This document shows positions 31,328 through 42,510 of a stretch of 64,000 nt of DNA, piece after piece. Source of the DNA: an uncultured Gammaproteobacteria bacterium (GTDB lineage Bacteria; Pseudomonadota; Gammaproteobacteria; Pseudomonadales; Pseudomonadaceae); the NCBI GenBank assembly GCA_963816515.1, contig CAWFKX010000003.1, positions 60,259-124,258 of the forward strand, given 5' to 3'. Every line of letters begins with the position of its first letter. The first letter of the stretch is position 1. The translations under genes and the position numbers were made by a program. The notes below the pieces were generated by a model. It saw only the letters and a list, made by a program, of their open reading frames with translations, did not search any database and was not told the DNA's origin.

Positions 31328-32085
31328 GCTTGCGCGCCGACCAAGTCGGCTGGAGCAGCGACGGCCGCCTGATTGTCGATGACATCAGCCTGACCCTGCC
31401 CCCGCGCGGCACCCTGGGCGTGATCGGTCCCAACGGCTCCGGCAAGTCGACGCTGCTGCGCCTGCTGGCCGGCGTGCGCGAGCCTGCGCAGGGTCGCGTC
31501 AGCCTCGACGAGCGCACGCTGAAGGACTGGCCGCGCAGGGCCCTCGCGCGGCGCGTGGCGTTGGTGGAGCAGCACCCCGGTACCGAAGTGGATATTACCG
31601 TGCAGGACATCGTGCGCTTGGGCCGCACCCCGCATCGAGGCGCGCTCACGCCCTGGACCCAGCACGACCAGACCATCGTCGACCAGGCTCTGGCCAGCAC
31701 CGGCGTGGCCGAGCTGCGTCAGCGTCGCTGGCACAGCCTGTCGGGCGGCGAACGGCAGCGCACGCAGATTGCCCGCGCGCTGGCGCAATGCCCCAGCGAA
31801 CTGTTGCTGGATGAGCCCACCAATCACCTGGATATCCAACATCAACTGCAACTGCTACAACTGATTCAGGCGCTGCCCGTGACCTGCGTGATGGCCCTGC
31901 ATGACCTGAACCTGGCGGCGATGTTCTGCGACCGGCTGGTGTTGCTGCAACACGGCCGCGTGGTGGCCAGCGGCAGCCCCGAGCAGGTCATCACCGCCGA
32001 GCTGATCGCCCGCGTGTACGGTGTACGTGCCGACGTGAGCCGCTCGGCCCACCATGGCCGCCCCCATATCCAATACCTGCCCTGA
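31324..32085 (+). CDS. ABC ATPase (FecE/BtuD-like)
   Basis: GPNGSGKS, LSGGERQR, LLLDEPTNHLD; ATG overlaps permease stop. Confidence 0.92.
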   Translation: MSLRADQVGWSSDGRLIVDDISLTLPPRGTLGVIGPNGSGKSTLLRLLAGVREPAQGRVSLDERTLKDWPRRALARRVALVEQHPGTEVDITVQDIVRLGRTPHRGALTPWTQHDQTIVDQALASTGVAELRQRRWHSLSGGERQRTQIARALAQCPSELLLDEPTNHLDIQHQLQLLQLIQALPVTCVMALHDLNLAAMFCDRLVLLQHGRVVASGSPEQVITAELIARVYGVRADVSRSAHHGRPHIQYLP

Positions 32086-32095
32086 GGCATGGCCC

Positions 32096-32848
32096 ATGAA
32101 AACCCTTCTGGTCATCGGCATCGGTGCCGGCAACCCTGACCACCTGACCCTGCAGGCGCTCAAGGCACTGAACCGCGCCGACCTGTTTTTCCTGTTCGAC
32201 AAAGGCCCGGCCAAACATGGCCTGCTCGACCAGCGCCGCGAGCTGTGCAACCGCCTGGCCACCGAGCGCCCCTGGCGGTTCGTCGAAGCCGGCAACCCCG
32301 AGCGCGGCCCGGACGGCGACAGCTACACAAGTGCGGTGCAACAGCTCAATGAAGACAAACAGCAGCTGATCGAACGCCTGATCGCCAGCGAAATGGCCGA
32401 CGGCGAATGCGCCGGTATCCTGGTGTGGGGCGACCCGGCGCTGTACGACAGCACCCTGCGCATTCTGCAGGCGATTCTGGCCTCGGGTCGGCTGATGTTC
32501 GACTATGAGGTGATTCCCGGCATCAGCGCCGTGCAGGCCCTGACCGCAGGCCACCGGGTCACCCTCAACGACATCGGCGGCTCGGTGCGCATCAGCCCGG
32601 GCCGGCAACTGCCCGCGCAACTGGAACCGGGCGACAGCCAGGTAGTGATGCTCGACGCACATCAGGCGTTCAACCGCCTGCGTGGGCAGGGTCTGTTCAT
32701 CTGGTGGGGGGCGTACGTGGGCAGTGCCGACGAGCTGCTGATCGCCGGGCCACTGGACGAGGTGGCCGATGAAATCGTGCGCGTGCGCGAAGCAGCACGG
32801 GCGCGACATGGGTGGATCATGGACAGCTACCTGCTGCGCCACGCCTAA
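32096..32848 (+). CDS. cobF: Precorrin-6A synthase (deacetylating)
   Basis: IGIGAGNPDHLT, LVWGDPALYDSTLRI, HGWIMDSYLLR. Confidence 0.92.
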   Translation: MKTLLVIGIGAGNPDHLTLQALKALNRADLFFLFDKGPAKHGLLDQRRELCNRLATERPWRFVEAGNPERGPDGDSYTSAVQQLNEDKQQLIERLIASEMADGECAGILVWGDPALYDSTLRILQAILASGRLMFDYEVIPGISAVQALTAGHRVTLNDIGGSVRISPGRQLPAQLEPGDSQVVMLDAHQAFNRLRGQGLFIWWGAYVGSADELLIAGPLDEVADEIVRVREAARARHGWIMDSYLLRHA

Positions 32849-32964
32849 CCGGTAGCAGCAACTGTCTTGACGCTGTGTATGCTTCCTCCCAGGAGCCGTC
32901 AGGCAGTGCGCGGCGCCTTCGACGCGCCCTGCCTACCGCTGCTGCCTGGGTGCGTTCAGGGAAT

Positions 32965-32994
32965 AAAAAAAAGCCGCTTTCGCGGCCTTTTTTT
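32965..32994. terminator. Bidirectional intrinsic terminator between cobF and ppiD
   Basis: A-run, GCCGC-TTTC-GCGGC, T-run. Confidence 0.8.
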
Positions 32995-33008
32995 GAGGTA
33001 TCACAGGC

Positions 33009-34883
33009 TTAGTAGCGCGTGATGTCCGCCTTCGTTTCCAGCGCTTTGCGGTAGGCAGCGAAGTCCTGCTGGCCGGCGCGCGAGGCGAGGAAGCGGCGGT
33101 ATTGCGCTTTCTCGGCGTCGCTGGCGGCTGCGGCTTCGTTGACGCCGTTCAGGCGCACTACCACGTAGCTGCCATCCGACAGGCTGACCGTGTCGTAGAC
33201 CGGCTTGTCCTTGCCTTGCGGCTTGGCCATACGGAATACGTCTTGCAGCACGGCCGGGTCGATCCCTTCCTGGCTGCGGGTCACGGCTTCCTGGGTTTTC
33301 CAGGCCTGGCCGTCCTGGCTGGCGGCCAGTTGAACCTTGCCATCGCGCAGGCCAGCTACCAGAGCGTCAGCCTTGGCCTTGACCGCGTCGCTGGCCTTGA
33401 CCTGCGCCAGGTGCTTGCGAATGGCGTCGGCAACGGCCTCAAGCGGCAGCTGCGCCGGCTTGCGGTGTTCCTTCACGTGCACCACCACGGTGGTTTCCGG
33501 GTCCAGCTCGATGGCCGAGCTGTTGGCGCCCTCGTCCATGACTTCCGGGCTGAATGCCGCCTGGATCACGGCACGGTTGGCCGTGATACCTTCGCTGCCA
33601 CCCTCACGGCCAAACGGCGCGGAGGTCTGTACTTTCAGGCCCAGGTCAGACGCTGGCTGCACCAGGTCGGAGGCTTCGAACGCCGAGTCTTCCAGCTTCT
33701 TGGCCGCGTCCACGTACATCTGCTCGACCTGCGCGGTCTTGGCTTCCTTGGTCAGCTTGTCCTTCAGGCTGGCGAAGGTCGGCACGTTCGGCGCTTCCAC
33801 GCCCAACAGCTTGATCAGGTGCCAGCCAAACTGGCTGCGAACGGGGGCCGAAACCTGGTCCTTGTTCAGCGCGTACAGCGCTGTTTCGAACGCCGGGTCG
33901 TAGACGCCCTTGCCCGCATAGCCCAGGTCACCGCCGTTAGTGGCCGAGCCCGGGTCCTGGGAAAACTCTTTCGCCAGCTTGGCGAAGTCTTCACCCTTGG
34001 CCAGGCGCGCCTGGATCTCTTCGATCTTGGCTTTGGCCTGGGCGTCGGTGGTCTTGGCGTTGACTTCGATCAGAATGTGCGCAGCCCGGCGCTGCTCGGA
34101 GAGCGCAGCCGTCTGGGCCTTGTAGGCCGCCTGCAGGTCTTCGTCCTTAACGGTGACCTTATCGAAGAATGCCGACTTCTTCAGCTCGACGTAGTCGATG
34201 ACCACCTGGTCGGGGCTCATGAACTCTTTGGCATGCTCGTCGTAGTGCGCCTTGACCTCGTCATCGGACACCTTCACGGCCGACGGATCAGCCTTGTAGG
34301 TCAGCGAAGCGAAATCACGGGTCTGCTTCTCCAGGCGGGCAAAAGCCTGCACCTGGGCGTCGGTGACGAAGCTGCTGCCCGCCACGCCGGCGCGCAGTTG
34401 GCCGACCAGCATTTCCTGGGCCATCATCTGGCGGAATTGCAGGCGGTTGTAGCCCATCTGGCGAATGACGGCGTCGAACCGGTCAGCGCTGAACTTGCCA
34501 TCCACCTGGAACTCAGGGGTTTGCAGGATCAACTGATCCAGTTCCGCTTCCGAAAAGCTGAACTTGGCGTCGGTGGCACCCTGGATCAACAGCTTGCGAT
34601 CGATCAGCCCCTTGAGGGCCGCTTCACGCAGCATTTTCTCGTCAAGCATCGAAGCGTCGAAATCCTTGCCCAGCTGTTGCATCAGCTGACGGCGTTGCAT
34701 TTCGACGGCCTGGGCCAGCTCGCTCTGGGTGATGGCGTCGCCATTGACCTTGGCCGCGTCGGCGGTATGGCTGGTGGCTCTGAAAATGGCATCGAAGCCG
34801 GTCAGTGCCATCAAGGCAACGATGACACCGATGATGGTCTTGGCAATCCAGCCTTGTGAATTGTCCCTGATATTCTGCAGCAT
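33009..34883 (-). CDS. ppiD: Periplasmic folding chaperone/PPIase D
   Basis: MLQNIRDNSQGWIAK, parvulin AAHILI..GGDLG; lon-hupB-ppiD synteny. Confidence 0.93.
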   Translation of the reverse strand: MLQNIRDNSQGWIAKTIIGVIVALMALTGFDAIFRATSHTADAAKVNGDAITQSELAQAVEMQRRQLMQQLGKDFDASMLDEKMLREAALKGLIDRKLLIQGATDAKFSFSEAELDQLILQTPEFQVDGKFSADRFDAVIRQMGYNRLQFRQMMAQEMLVGQLRAGVAGSSFVTDAQVQAFARLEKQTRDFASLTYKADPSAVKVSDDEVKAHYDEHAKEFMSPDQVVIDYVELKKSAFFDKVTVKDEDLQAAYKAQTAALSEQRRAAHILIEVNAKTTDAQAKAKIEEIQARLAKGEDFAKLAKEFSQDPGSATNGGDLGYAGKGVYDPAFETALYALNKDQVSAPVRSQFGWHLIKLLGVEAPNVPTFASLKDKLTKEAKTAQVEQMYVDAAKKLEDSAFEASDLVQPASDLGLKVQTSAPFGREGGSEGITANRAVIQAAFSPEVMDEGANSSAIELDPETTVVVHVKEHRKPAQLPLEAVADAIRKHLAQVKASDAVKAKADALVAGLRDGKVQLAASQDGQAWKTQEAVTRSQEGIDPAVLQDVFRMAKPQGKDKPVYDTVSLSDGSYVVVRLNGVNEAAAASDAEKAQYRRFLASRAGQQDFAAYRKALETKADITRY

Positions 34884-34946
34884 GCGTCCCCCAGAAACGG
34901 TTGTACTGATTAAGCAACCGCGGAGAGTGGGTAGAATCCGGATAGA

Positions 34947-34975
34947 AGAAAGGCGCATCCGAGGATGCGCCTTCT
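34947..34975 (-). terminator. Terminator-like hairpin after hupB and the tRNA-like element
   Basis: AAGGCGCATCC-GA-GGATGCGCCTT. Confidence 0.65.
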
Positions 34976-34981
34976 CGTAAC

Positions 34982-35038
34982 TGGCGGAGCAATCACCGGC
35001 GCCGTGCGCCGGCTTGAGACCAGCTCATAGGCTGCTCC
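34982..35038 (-). pseudogene. Degenerate tRNA-Asp-like element lacking a T arm
   Basis: GGAGCAG...TTGCTCC-G-CCA acceptor stem, 4-bp D-like arm, CCGGC-N7-GCCGG stem; 57 nt. Confidence 0.6.
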
Positions 35039-35091
35039 GCTTCCAGGTCGGAAATTTTTCCCGCCCCGGTCGGGCAAAGGCGTGAAAGAAC

Positions 35092-35364
35092 TTAGTTTAC
35101 CGCTTCTTTCAGTGCTTTGCCGGCTTTGAAACCAGGCTTCTTGGCAGCCGCGATTTCCAGGGTCTTGCCAGTCTGTGGGTTACGGCCAACGCGAGCTGGG
35201 CGGTCAGTCACAGAGAAAGTACCGAAACCAACCAGTACCACGGAGTCGCCAGCCTTGAGAGCGCCAGTGACGGAGTCGATTACTGCGTCCAGCGCGCGGC
35301 CAGCTACAGCTTTCGGGATATCAGCAGATGCGGCGATAGCATCAATCAGTTCCGACTTGTTCAC
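35092..35364 (-). CDS. hupB: DNA-binding protein HU-beta
   Basis: [23 protein letters not shown]. Confidence 0.97.
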   Translation of the reverse strand: MNKSELIDAIAASADIPKAVAGRALDAVIDSVTGALKAGDSVVLVGFGTFSVTDRPARVGRNPQTGKTLEIAAAKKPGFKAGKALKEAVN

Positions 35365-35456
35365 TCTAAGTCCCCTTATATCTATATGAGTTTGTTTCTA
35401 AGTATGTGGTGAAAGCTAAAACTGCGCCGGGAGGCTGCTGACACATTAAGTGCCGC

Positions 35457-35486
35457 TTTATAACAAGGGCTTTAAAAAGCTGTCAA
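35457..35486 (-). promoter_or_regulatory. Sigma70 promoter of hupB
   Basis: TTGACA-N18-TATAAA on minus strand. Confidence 0.65.
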
Positions 35487-35511
35487 GAAAAGCCCCCCGG
35501 CCAAATGCTTG

Positions 35512-37908
35512 CTAGTGCGTGCTGATTCTTTCCTTGGAATCCGTATCGCGCTTCTCGTCCTTCGCGACAATCTCCGGAGCCACATCGGGCAAGGGCTCCG
35601 GGGCGTATTGCAGCGCAATCTGGAGCACTTCGTCAATCCATTTAACCGGTTTAATCTGAAGATCCTGCTTAATATTGTCAGGAATTTCCTTCAAATCACG
35701 CACGTTCTCTTCCGGAATGATGACTGTCTTGATTCCACCGCGATGGGCAGCCAGCAATTTCTCTTTCAGACCACCGATGGCCAGCACCTGACCACGCAGG
35801 GTGATCTCGCCGGTCATGGCCACATCGGCCCGTACCGGGATCTGCGTCAGGGCCGATACCAGCGCGGTGCACATGCCTACGCCAGCGCTCGGGCCGTCCT
35901 TGGGCGTGGCGCCCTCGGGCATGTGGATGTGAGTGTCGCGCTTCTCGTGGAAGTCCAGCGGGATACCCAGGCTCTTGGCGCGGCTGCGCACAACCGTCAG
36001 GGCCGCGGTAATGGATTCGACCATCACGTCACCCAGGGAACCGGTCTTGATCAACTGGCCCTTGCCGGGTACCACGGCGGCTTCGATGGTCAGCAACTCG
36101 CCACCCACCTGGGTCCATGCCAGGCCGGTCACCTGGCCGATCTGGTCCTGCTGCTCGGCCAGGCCGTAACGGAACTTGCGCACGCCCAGGAAGTGCTCGA
36201 GCGAGTCGGCGGTCACTTTTACCGAGAAATGCTTGTCGCGGGCATGTTCCTTGACCACCTTGCGGCACACCTTGGCGATCTGGCGCTCCAGGCCACGCAC
36301 ACCGGCTTCACGGGTGTAGTAGCGGATGATGTCGCGAATGGCGGCAACGTCCAGTTCCAGCTCACCCTTCTTCAGGCCGTTGGCGGCAATCTGCTTGGGC
36401 GACAGGTACTTGGTGGCTATGTTGATCTTCTCGTCCTCGGTGTAACCCGGCAGGCGGATCACTTCCATCCGGTCCAGCAGCGCTGGCGGAATGTTCATGG
36501 AGTTCGAGGTGCACAGGAACATCACGTCCGAGAGGTCGTAGTCGACTTCCAGGTAGTGGTCGTTGAAGTTGTGGTTCTGCTCGGGGTCGAGCACTTCCAG
36601 CAACGCCGAGGCCGGATCGCCACGCATGTCGCTGCCCATCTTGTCGATTTCGTCCAGCAGGAACAGCGGGTTGCGCACGCCTACCTTGGTCATCTTCTGA
36701 ATCAGGCGGCCGGGCATCGAGCCGATGTAGGTACGGCGGTGACCACGGATTTCCGCTTCATCACGCACGCCACCCAGGGCCATGCGCACGAACTTGCGGT
36801 TGGTGGCATGGGCGATGGACTCGGCCAGCGAGGTTTTACCCACGCCAGGCGGGCCGACCAGGCACAGCACCGGGCCACGAATCTTTTTCACGCGTTTCTG
36901 CACGGCGAGGTACTCAAGGATGCGTTCCTTGACCTCTTCCAGCCCGTAGTGGTCGGCGTCGAGAATGTCCTCGGCACGCGCCAGGTCCAGGCGCACCTTG
37001 CTCTGGGCCTTCCACGGCACTTGCACCAGCCAGTCGATGTAAGACCGCACCACGGTGGCTTCAGCCGACATCGGCGACATCTGCTTGAGCTTGTTCAGCT
37101 CGGCAGTGGCCTTGGCCAAGGCGTCCTTGGGCAGGCCGGCGGCGTCGATGCGCTTTTTCAGCTCTTCGACTTCGTTGTGGCCTTCGTCGCTGTCGCCGAG
37201 TTCCTTCTGAATGGCCTTCATCTGCTCATTCAGGTAGTACTCGCGCTGGCTGCGCTCCATTTGCTTCTTCACGCGGCCGCGAATGCGCTTCTCGACCTGC
37301 AGCAGGTCGATTTCGGCGTCCAGCAGGGCCAGCACGTGCTCGACCCGAGCTGACAGGTCGATGATTTCGAGAATTTCCTGTTTCTGCTCGATCTTCAGCG
37401 CCATGTGCGCGGCCATGGTGTCCACCAGGCGGCCAGGCTCATCGATGCTGTTGAGGGAGGAAAGCACTTCGGCGGGGACTTTCTTGCCCAGCTGCACGTA
37501 TTGCTCGAATTGAGCCAGCAGGCTGCGCACGAATACTTCGGACTCGCGGTCCGGGGCATCGACTTCGTCGATCAACTGCACTTCAGCGCGGCAATGGCCG
37601 TCCACTTCCATGAAACGCTCGACAGTACCGCGCTGCTCGCCCTCTACCAGCACCTTGACGGTGCCATCAGGCAGTTTGAGCAGTTGCAGCACGGTGGCAA
37701 CGGTACCGACACGGTACAGGGCATCTTCGCCCGGATCATCGTCGGCTGGATTCTTCTGGGCCAGCAGCAGGATCTGCTTTTCGCCCGTCATCGCGGCCTC
37801 GAGGGCTTCGATGGATTTCTCGCGCCCCACGAACAGCGGGATCACCATGTGCGGATACACGACGACATCACGCAATGGCAGGAGAGGCAATTCGATGGTG
37901 GTCTTCAT
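35512..37908 (-). CDS. lon: Lon protease
   Basis: [16 protein letters not shown], 798 aa. Confidence 0.98.
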   Translation of the reverse strand: MKTTIELPLLPLRDVVVYPHMVIPLFVGREKSIEALEAAMTGEKQILLLAQKNPADDDPGEDALYRVGTVATVLQLLKLPDGTVKVLVEGEQRGTVERFMEVDGHCRAEVQLIDEVDAPDRESEVFVRSLLAQFEQYVQLGKKVPAEVLSSLNSIDEPGRLVDTMAAHMALKIEQKQEILEIIDLSARVEHVLALLDAEIDLLQVEKRIRGRVKKQMERSQREYYLNEQMKAIQKELGDSDEGHNEVEELKKRIDAAGLPKDALAKATAELNKLKQMSPMSAEATVVRSYIDWLVQVPWKAQSKVRLDLARAEDILDADHYGLEEVKERILEYLAVQKRVKKIRGPVLCLVGPPGVGKTSLAESIAHATNRKFVRMALGGVRDEAEIRGHRRTYIGSMPGRLIQKMTKVGVRNPLFLLDEIDKMGSDMRGDPASALLEVLDPEQNHNFNDHYLEVDYDLSDVMFLCTSNSMNIPPALLDRMEVIRLPGYTEDEKINIATKYLSPKQIAANGLKKGELELDVAAIRDIIRYYTREAGVRGLERQIAKVCRKVVKEHARDKHFSVKVTADSLEHFLGVRKFRYGLAEQQDQIGQVTGLAWTQVGGELLTIEAAVVPGKGQLIKTGSLGDVMVESITAALTVVRSRAKSLGIPLDFHEKRDTHIHMPEGATPKDGPSAGVGMCTALVSALTQIPVRADVAMTGEITLRGQVLAIGGLKEKLLAAHRGGIKTVIIPEENVRDLKEIPDNIKQDLQIKPVKWIDEVLQIALQYAPEPLPDVAPEIVAKDEKRDTDSKERISTH

Positions 37909-37968
37909 GATTTCGCCTCTACAGCGGCCCTAGGGCCGTAGACAGATGGAATTGAGCTTGTAGTCAAT

Positions 37969-37995
37969 GTGGGGGCAGCCCCGAAAAAAAACAAG
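37969..37995 (-). promoter_or_regulatory. Probable RpoH (sigma32) promoter of lon
   Basis: CTTGTT-N15-CCCCAC on minus strand. Confidence 0.55.
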
Positions 37996-38059
37996 CGCTG
38001 CGGGACAGGAAAAGCAAAGGGGCCCGAAGGCCCCTTCCTGTTTCAAGCCGCAGAACGAC

Positions 38060-39343
38060 TTATGCGTCTGGCGCAGCCTTGGCCGGCGACTCACTGTTTT
38101 CGTAGATTAACAGTGGCTTGGACTTTCCTTCGATGACGCTTTCGTCGATCACCACTTTACTGACATCGGTCTGCGAAGGGATCTCGTACATGGTGTCCAG
38201 CAGCACGCCTTCCAGGATGGAACGCAGGCCACGGGCACCGGTCTTGCGTTCCAGTGCGCGATGGGCCACGGACTTCAGCGCATCGGTACGGAACTCCAGG
38301 TCCACGCCTTCCATCTCGAACAGCTTGGCGTATTGCTTGGTGAGGGCGTTCTTCGGCTCGGTCAGAATCTGCATCAGTGCAGCTTCGTCCAGCTCGTCGA
38401 GGGTAGCCAGCACCGGCAGACGGCCCACGAATTCCGGGATCAGACCGAACTTGACCAGGTCGTCAGGCTCGACTTCACGCAGGGACTCGCCCACCTTCTT
38501 GCCTTCCTGCTTGCTGCGCACTTCGGCGTTGAAGCCGATGCCGCCGGCCGTGGAACGGTTCTGGATGACCTTTTCGAGGCCCGAGAACGCACCACCGCAG
38601 ATGAACAGGATGTTACGGGTGTCGACCTGCAGGAACTCCTGCTGAGGGTGCTTGCGACCGCCTTGAGGCGGTACCGAGGCCACGGTGCCCTCGATCAACT
38701 TCAACAGTGCCTGCTGCACGCCCTCGCCCGAGACATCACGAGTGATGGACGGGTTGTCGGACTTGCGCGAGATCTTGTCGATCTCGTCGATGTAGACGAT
38801 GCCCATCTGGGCCTTCTCGACATCGTAGTCGCACTTCTGCAACAGTTTTTGAATAATGTTTTCAACGTCCTCGCCGACGTAGCCCGCTTCAGTCAGCGTG
38901 GTGGCGTCTGCGATGGTGAACGGGACATTGAGCAGGCGCGCCAGGGTTTCAGCCAGCAGCGTCTTGCCCGAACCGGTCGGGCCGATGAGCAGGATGTTGC
39001 TCTTGCCCAGCTCGACGTCGTCGTTCTTCTTGTCACGTTGATTGAGGCGCTTGTAGTGGTTGTACACCGCTACCGCCAGAACCTTTTTCGCGCGCTCCTG
39101 ACCAATGACGTACTGGTCCAGGATGCCGCTGATTTCTTTGGGCGAAGGCAATTTATGCGCATTGCTTTCGGCCTGGGCTTCCTGCACCTCCTCGCGGATG
39201 ATGTCGTTGCACAGGTCGACGCACTCGTCGCAGATAAAGACCGAGGGGCCGGCAATCAATTTGCGCACTTCATGCTGGCTTTTGCCACAGAAGGAGCAAT
39301 AGAGCAATTTGCCGTTGTCCTCGCCGTTGCGGGTGTCAGTCAT
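38060..39343 (-). CDS. clpX: ClpX ATPase
   Basis: CSFCGK zinc finger, [11 protein letters not shown] loop. Confidence 0.98.
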   Translation of the reverse strand: MTDTRNGEDNGKLLYCSFCGKSQHEVRKLIAGPSVFICDECVDLCNDIIREEVQEAQAESNAHKLPSPKEISGILDQYVIGQERAKKVLAVAVYNHYKRLNQRDKKNDDVELGKSNILLIGPTGSGKTLLAETLARLLNVPFTIADATTLTEAGYVGEDVENIIQKLLQKCDYDVEKAQMGIVYIDEIDKISRKSDNPSITRDVSGEGVQQALLKLIEGTVASVPPQGGRKHPQQEFLQVDTRNILFICGGAFSGLEKVIQNRSTAGGIGFNAEVRSKQEGKKVGESLREVEPDDLVKFGLIPEFVGRLPVLATLDELDEAALMQILTEPKNALTKQYAKLFEMEGVDLEFRTDALKSVAHRALERKTGARGLRSILEGVLLDTMYEIPSQTDVSKVVIDESVIEGKSKPLLIYENSESPAKAAPDA

Positions 39344-39450
39344 TCGATCGATCCAAATCCGATAGGCTTGCAACACAAGATGAAGGCAATCGCGGGGTTT
39401 TTCAAGTCCGCAGGTGGACGGTTGTGCCGACCACCTGGCATTTGCCTCAC

Positions 39451-40092
39451 TTACGCGGGCATCTGACGCTTGTTGATCACCGAATCGACGAGGCCGTACT
39501 CGGCCGCACGCTCGGCGCTCATGAAATTGTCACGATTGGTGTCCTGCTCGATCTGCTCCAGCGTCTGGCCGGTATGGAACGCCAACAACTCGTTCAGGCG
39601 CTGACGAATGGACAGGATCTCACGGGCGTGAATGTCGATGTCCGACGCCTGGCCCTGGAAACCGCCCAGTGGCTGGTGAATCATCACGCGTGAGTTCGGC
39701 AGGCAGAAACGCTTGCCCTTGGCACCACCGGCCAGCAGGAAAGCGCCCATGCTGCAGGCCTGACCGATGCAGGTGGTGGAAACGTCCGGCTTGATGAACT
39801 GCATGGTGTCGTAGATCGACATGCCTGCAGTGACCGAGCCGCCAGGGGAGTTGATGTAGAGATGGATATCCTTGTCCGGGTTTTCCGCTTCAAGGAACAG
39901 CAACTGCGCGCATACCAGGTTGGCCATGTAGTCTTCCACAGGACCAATCAGGAAGATCACTCGCTCCTTCAACAGGCGCGAGTAGATGTCGTAGGCGCGC
40001 TCGCCACGAGCCGATTGCTCGACAACCATCGGGACCAGGCCGCCAGCGGCCTGGATGTCAGAACTCTGCTGAATATAAGAATTGCGGGACAT
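39451..40092 (-). CDS. clpP: ClpP protease
   Basis: [20 protein letters not shown]. Confidence 0.98.
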   Translation of the reverse strand: MSRNSYIQQSSDIQAAGGLVPMVVEQSARGERAYDIYSRLLKERVIFLIGPVEDYMANLVCAQLLFLEAENPDKDIHLYINSPGGSVTAGMSIYDTMQFIKPDVSTTCIGQACSMGAFLLAGGAKGKRFCLPNSRVMIHQPLGGFQGQASDIDIHAREILSIRQRLNELLAFHTGQTLEQIEQDTNRDNFMSAERAAEYGLVDSVINKRQMPA

Positions 40093-40183
40093 GTCTCGCA
40101 CTCACTCCCAAATAGTCATGTCTTGAATACGCATAAGCCAGCGCGAAGGCTGGCTTATGGTGATGTTCCAACGCTGGAAGGAA

Positions 40184-41494
40184 TCAGTCGGCTTGTGCAG
40201 CTTCCACCGGCTTGACTGCTTCTTCGTAGGAGACCGCTTTGTCGGTCACACTAGCTTTCTGCAGAACAGTATCCACAACTTGCTCTTCCAGCACAACCGA
40301 ACGCACTTCGTTCAGCTGCTGATCGTTCTTGTAGTACCAAGCCACGACCTGCTCTGGTTCCTGGTAGGCCGAGGCCATTTCCTGGATCATTTCGCGAACG
40401 CGAGCTTCATCAGGCTTCAGCTCGTTGGCCTTGACCACTTCAGCGACGATCAGGCCCAGGACCACACGGCGCTTGGCTTGCTCTTCGAACAGCTCGGCCG
40501 GCAGTTGATCAGGCTTGATGTTGCCACCGAACTGCTGAACGGCTTGAACGCGCAGGCGGTTCACTTCGTTTTCCAGCAGGGCTTTTGGCACTTCGATCGG
40601 GTTGGCAGCCAGCAGACCGTCCATGACCTGGTTCTTCACCTTGGTCTTGATGGCCTGGCGCAGCTCGCGCTCCATGTTCTTGCGAACTTCGGCGCGGAAG
40701 CCTTCCAGACCGGTTTCCTTGATGCCGAACTGGGCGAAGAAGGTTTCGTTCAGCTCAGGCAGGGTCGGTGCGGAAACGCTGTTGACCTTGACGGTGAACT
40801 CGGCAGCCTTGCCGGCCAGGTCCAGGTTCTGGTAGTCCTCCGGGAAGGTCACGTTCAGCACGCGCTCTTCACCGGCCTTGGCGCCAACCAGGCCATCTTC
40901 GAAGCCAGGGATCATGCGGCCGGAACCCAGCACCAGCTGGGTGCCCTGGGCCGAACCACCGGCGAACACCTCACCGTCGACCTTGCCGACGAAATCGATG
41001 TTCAGCTGGTCTTCGTTGGCAGCGGCACGGTCGGCAGCCTCAAAACGCACGTTCTGCTTGCGCAGGATTTCCAGCATGTTGTCAAGGTCGGCATCAGCAA
41101 CTTCGGCGCTCAGGCGCTCGACGTTGATGGATTCGAAACCTGCTACCGCAAATTCAGGGAACACTTCGAACGTAGCGACGTATTCCAGATCCTTGCCTTT
41201 TTCGAACACTTTAGGCTCGACAGCCGGGGCACCGGCAGGGTTCAGCTTCTGCTCAACAACGGCTTCGTAGAAAGTCGCCTGGATCAGGTCGCCCAGGGCT
41301 TCCTGACGTGCGGAATCTTCGTAGCGCTGACGAATAACGCTCATCGGCACTTTGCCAGGACGGAAGCCTGGAACCTTAGCGCGACGGGCAGTCTGTTGCA
41401 GACGCTTGTTGACTTCGGTCTCGATGCGCTCGGCGGGCACGCCGATGGTCATGCGGCGCTCGAGAGCGGAAGTGTTTTCAACAGAAACTTGCAT
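40184..41494 (-). CDS. tig: Trigger factor
   Basis: [18 protein letters not shown] domain. Confidence 0.98.
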   Translation of the reverse strand: MQVSVENTSALERRMTIGVPAERIETEVNKRLQQTARRAKVPGFRPGKVPMSVIRQRYEDSARQEALGDLIQATFYEAVVEQKLNPAGAPAVEPKVFEKGKDLEYVATFEVFPEFAVAGFESINVERLSAEVADADLDNMLEILRKQNVRFEAADRAAANEDQLNIDFVGKVDGEVFAGGSAQGTQLVLGSGRMIPGFEDGLVGAKAGEERVLNVTFPEDYQNLDLAGKAAEFTVKVNSVSAPTLPELNETFFAQFGIKETGLEGFRAEVRKNMERELRQAIKTKVKNQVMDGLLAANPIEVPKALLENEVNRLRVQAVQQFGGNIKPDQLPAELFEEQAKRRVVLGLIVAEVVKANELKPDEARVREMIQEMASAYQEPEQVVAWYYKNDQQLNEVRSVVLEEQVVDTVLQKASVTDKAVSYEEAVKPVEAAQAD

Positions 41495-41846
41495 GGATTT
41501 TCCTCGTTGCACAGACGTTAGCCGGCCATTTCCGACCCCAATCAAGGGCATGCATTCTAGAGGGTCGAACACAAGAAGTCACCCTGTGCAAGACGGCTTC
41601 GAACAACGAAACGTTAAAGTGGCGCAAATGCCCGGCCACAAAGGCCTTGGCAGGGCCATGCAGCCTTCTGGAAGGGGATTTGTCCATGCGACCGACGGCA
41701 ACAGAGCACCCTGCGCGCACAAACATCACCTGACAAATCACGCGCCAGTCTTTTCAAAATATTTACGTTCGTAGACAAACAGTTACAAAATTTCGTTGTC
41801 TGATTTATCAGTACGGGCGCATTACCCCCGACATCAGGAGACAACC

Positions 41847-41978
41847 GTGTTCAACAAACTGACCAAATTCACCGTCGCTGCCCTGGCCACCGTCGCCATC
41901 CTCAGCACTTCGGGCTGCATCATTTTCCCTGACCACGGCCATGGTGGCGGGGGTTACCACCGCGGCTGGTATCGTTGA
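41847..41978 (+). CDS. Small lipoprotein (43 aa)
   Basis: RBS AGGAG + GTG, signal peptide with TSG-C lipobox, own terminator. Confidence 0.75.
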   Translation: MFNKLTKFTVAALATVAILSTSGCIIFPDHGHGGGGYHRGWYR

Positions 41979-41988
41979 TACCGACATG

Positions 41989-42024
41989 AAAAAGCCCGCC
42001 TTCGGATGAAGGCGGGCTTTTTTT
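41989..42024. terminator. Intrinsic terminator (bidirectional)
   Basis: AAAAAGCCCGCCTTC-GGAT-GAAGGCGGGCTTTTTTT. Confidence 0.85.
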
Positions 42025-42167
42025 GATTCGAATAAAATAAGCGTACCCAAACTCGAAAAAACAAGGCTGACAACGCATGATCGATAGGCGTTGGCGGCCC
42101 TGCATAACTCAAATCCCTGACACAACAAAAAAGGCGCCTGATTTTCATCAGGCGCCTTTCCGAAATA

Positions 42168-42243
42168 TGGGGTGGACGATGGGGATCGAACCCACGACAA
42201 CAGGAGTCACAATCCTGTGCTCTACCAACTGAGCTACGCCCAC
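42168..42243 (-). tRNA. tRNA-His(GTG)
   Basis: Anticodon arm CAGGA-TTGTGAC-TCCTG, TTCGA T-loop, CCA. Confidence 0.95.
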
Positions 42244-42295
42244 CATAACGCGGTTTTGCAAATGCCTCAATGCAAACGAGGCGGTACAGCTTGAA

Positions 42296-42380
42296 TGGTG
42301 CGGACGAAGAGACTCGAACTCTTACAGCTTGCGCCGCTGGAACCTAAATCCAGTGTGTCTACCAATTTCACCACGTCCGC
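42296..42380 (-). tRNA. tRNA-Leu(TAG)
   Basis: 85 nt with variable arm, CTGGA-TTTAGGT-TCCAG. Confidence 0.95.
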
Positions 42381-42434
42381 ATTGAAGCTTTTAAAGCAAA
42401 GGCGCCAGATTTTCATCAGGCGCCTTTCGGAATA

Positions 42435-42510
42435 TGGGGTGGACGATGGGGATCGAACCCACGACAACAGGAGTCACAATCCTGTGCTCTACCAACTGAG
42501 CTACGCCCAC
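42435..42510 (-). tRNA. tRNA-His(GTG), second copy
   Basis: Identical to 42168-42243. Confidence 0.95.

Noticed and set aside
34982-35038. Functional tRNA-Arg(ACG), from ACG at the loop centre
   Set aside because: No T arm, no U33, only 57 nt, and the loop bases pair with each other
35509-37353. Long antisense or alternate-frame ORFs (also 3050-4777, 17167-18756, 24284-26215, 33102-34859, 51397-53049)
   Set aside because: Expected shadows of GC3-biased genes; no recognisable motifs
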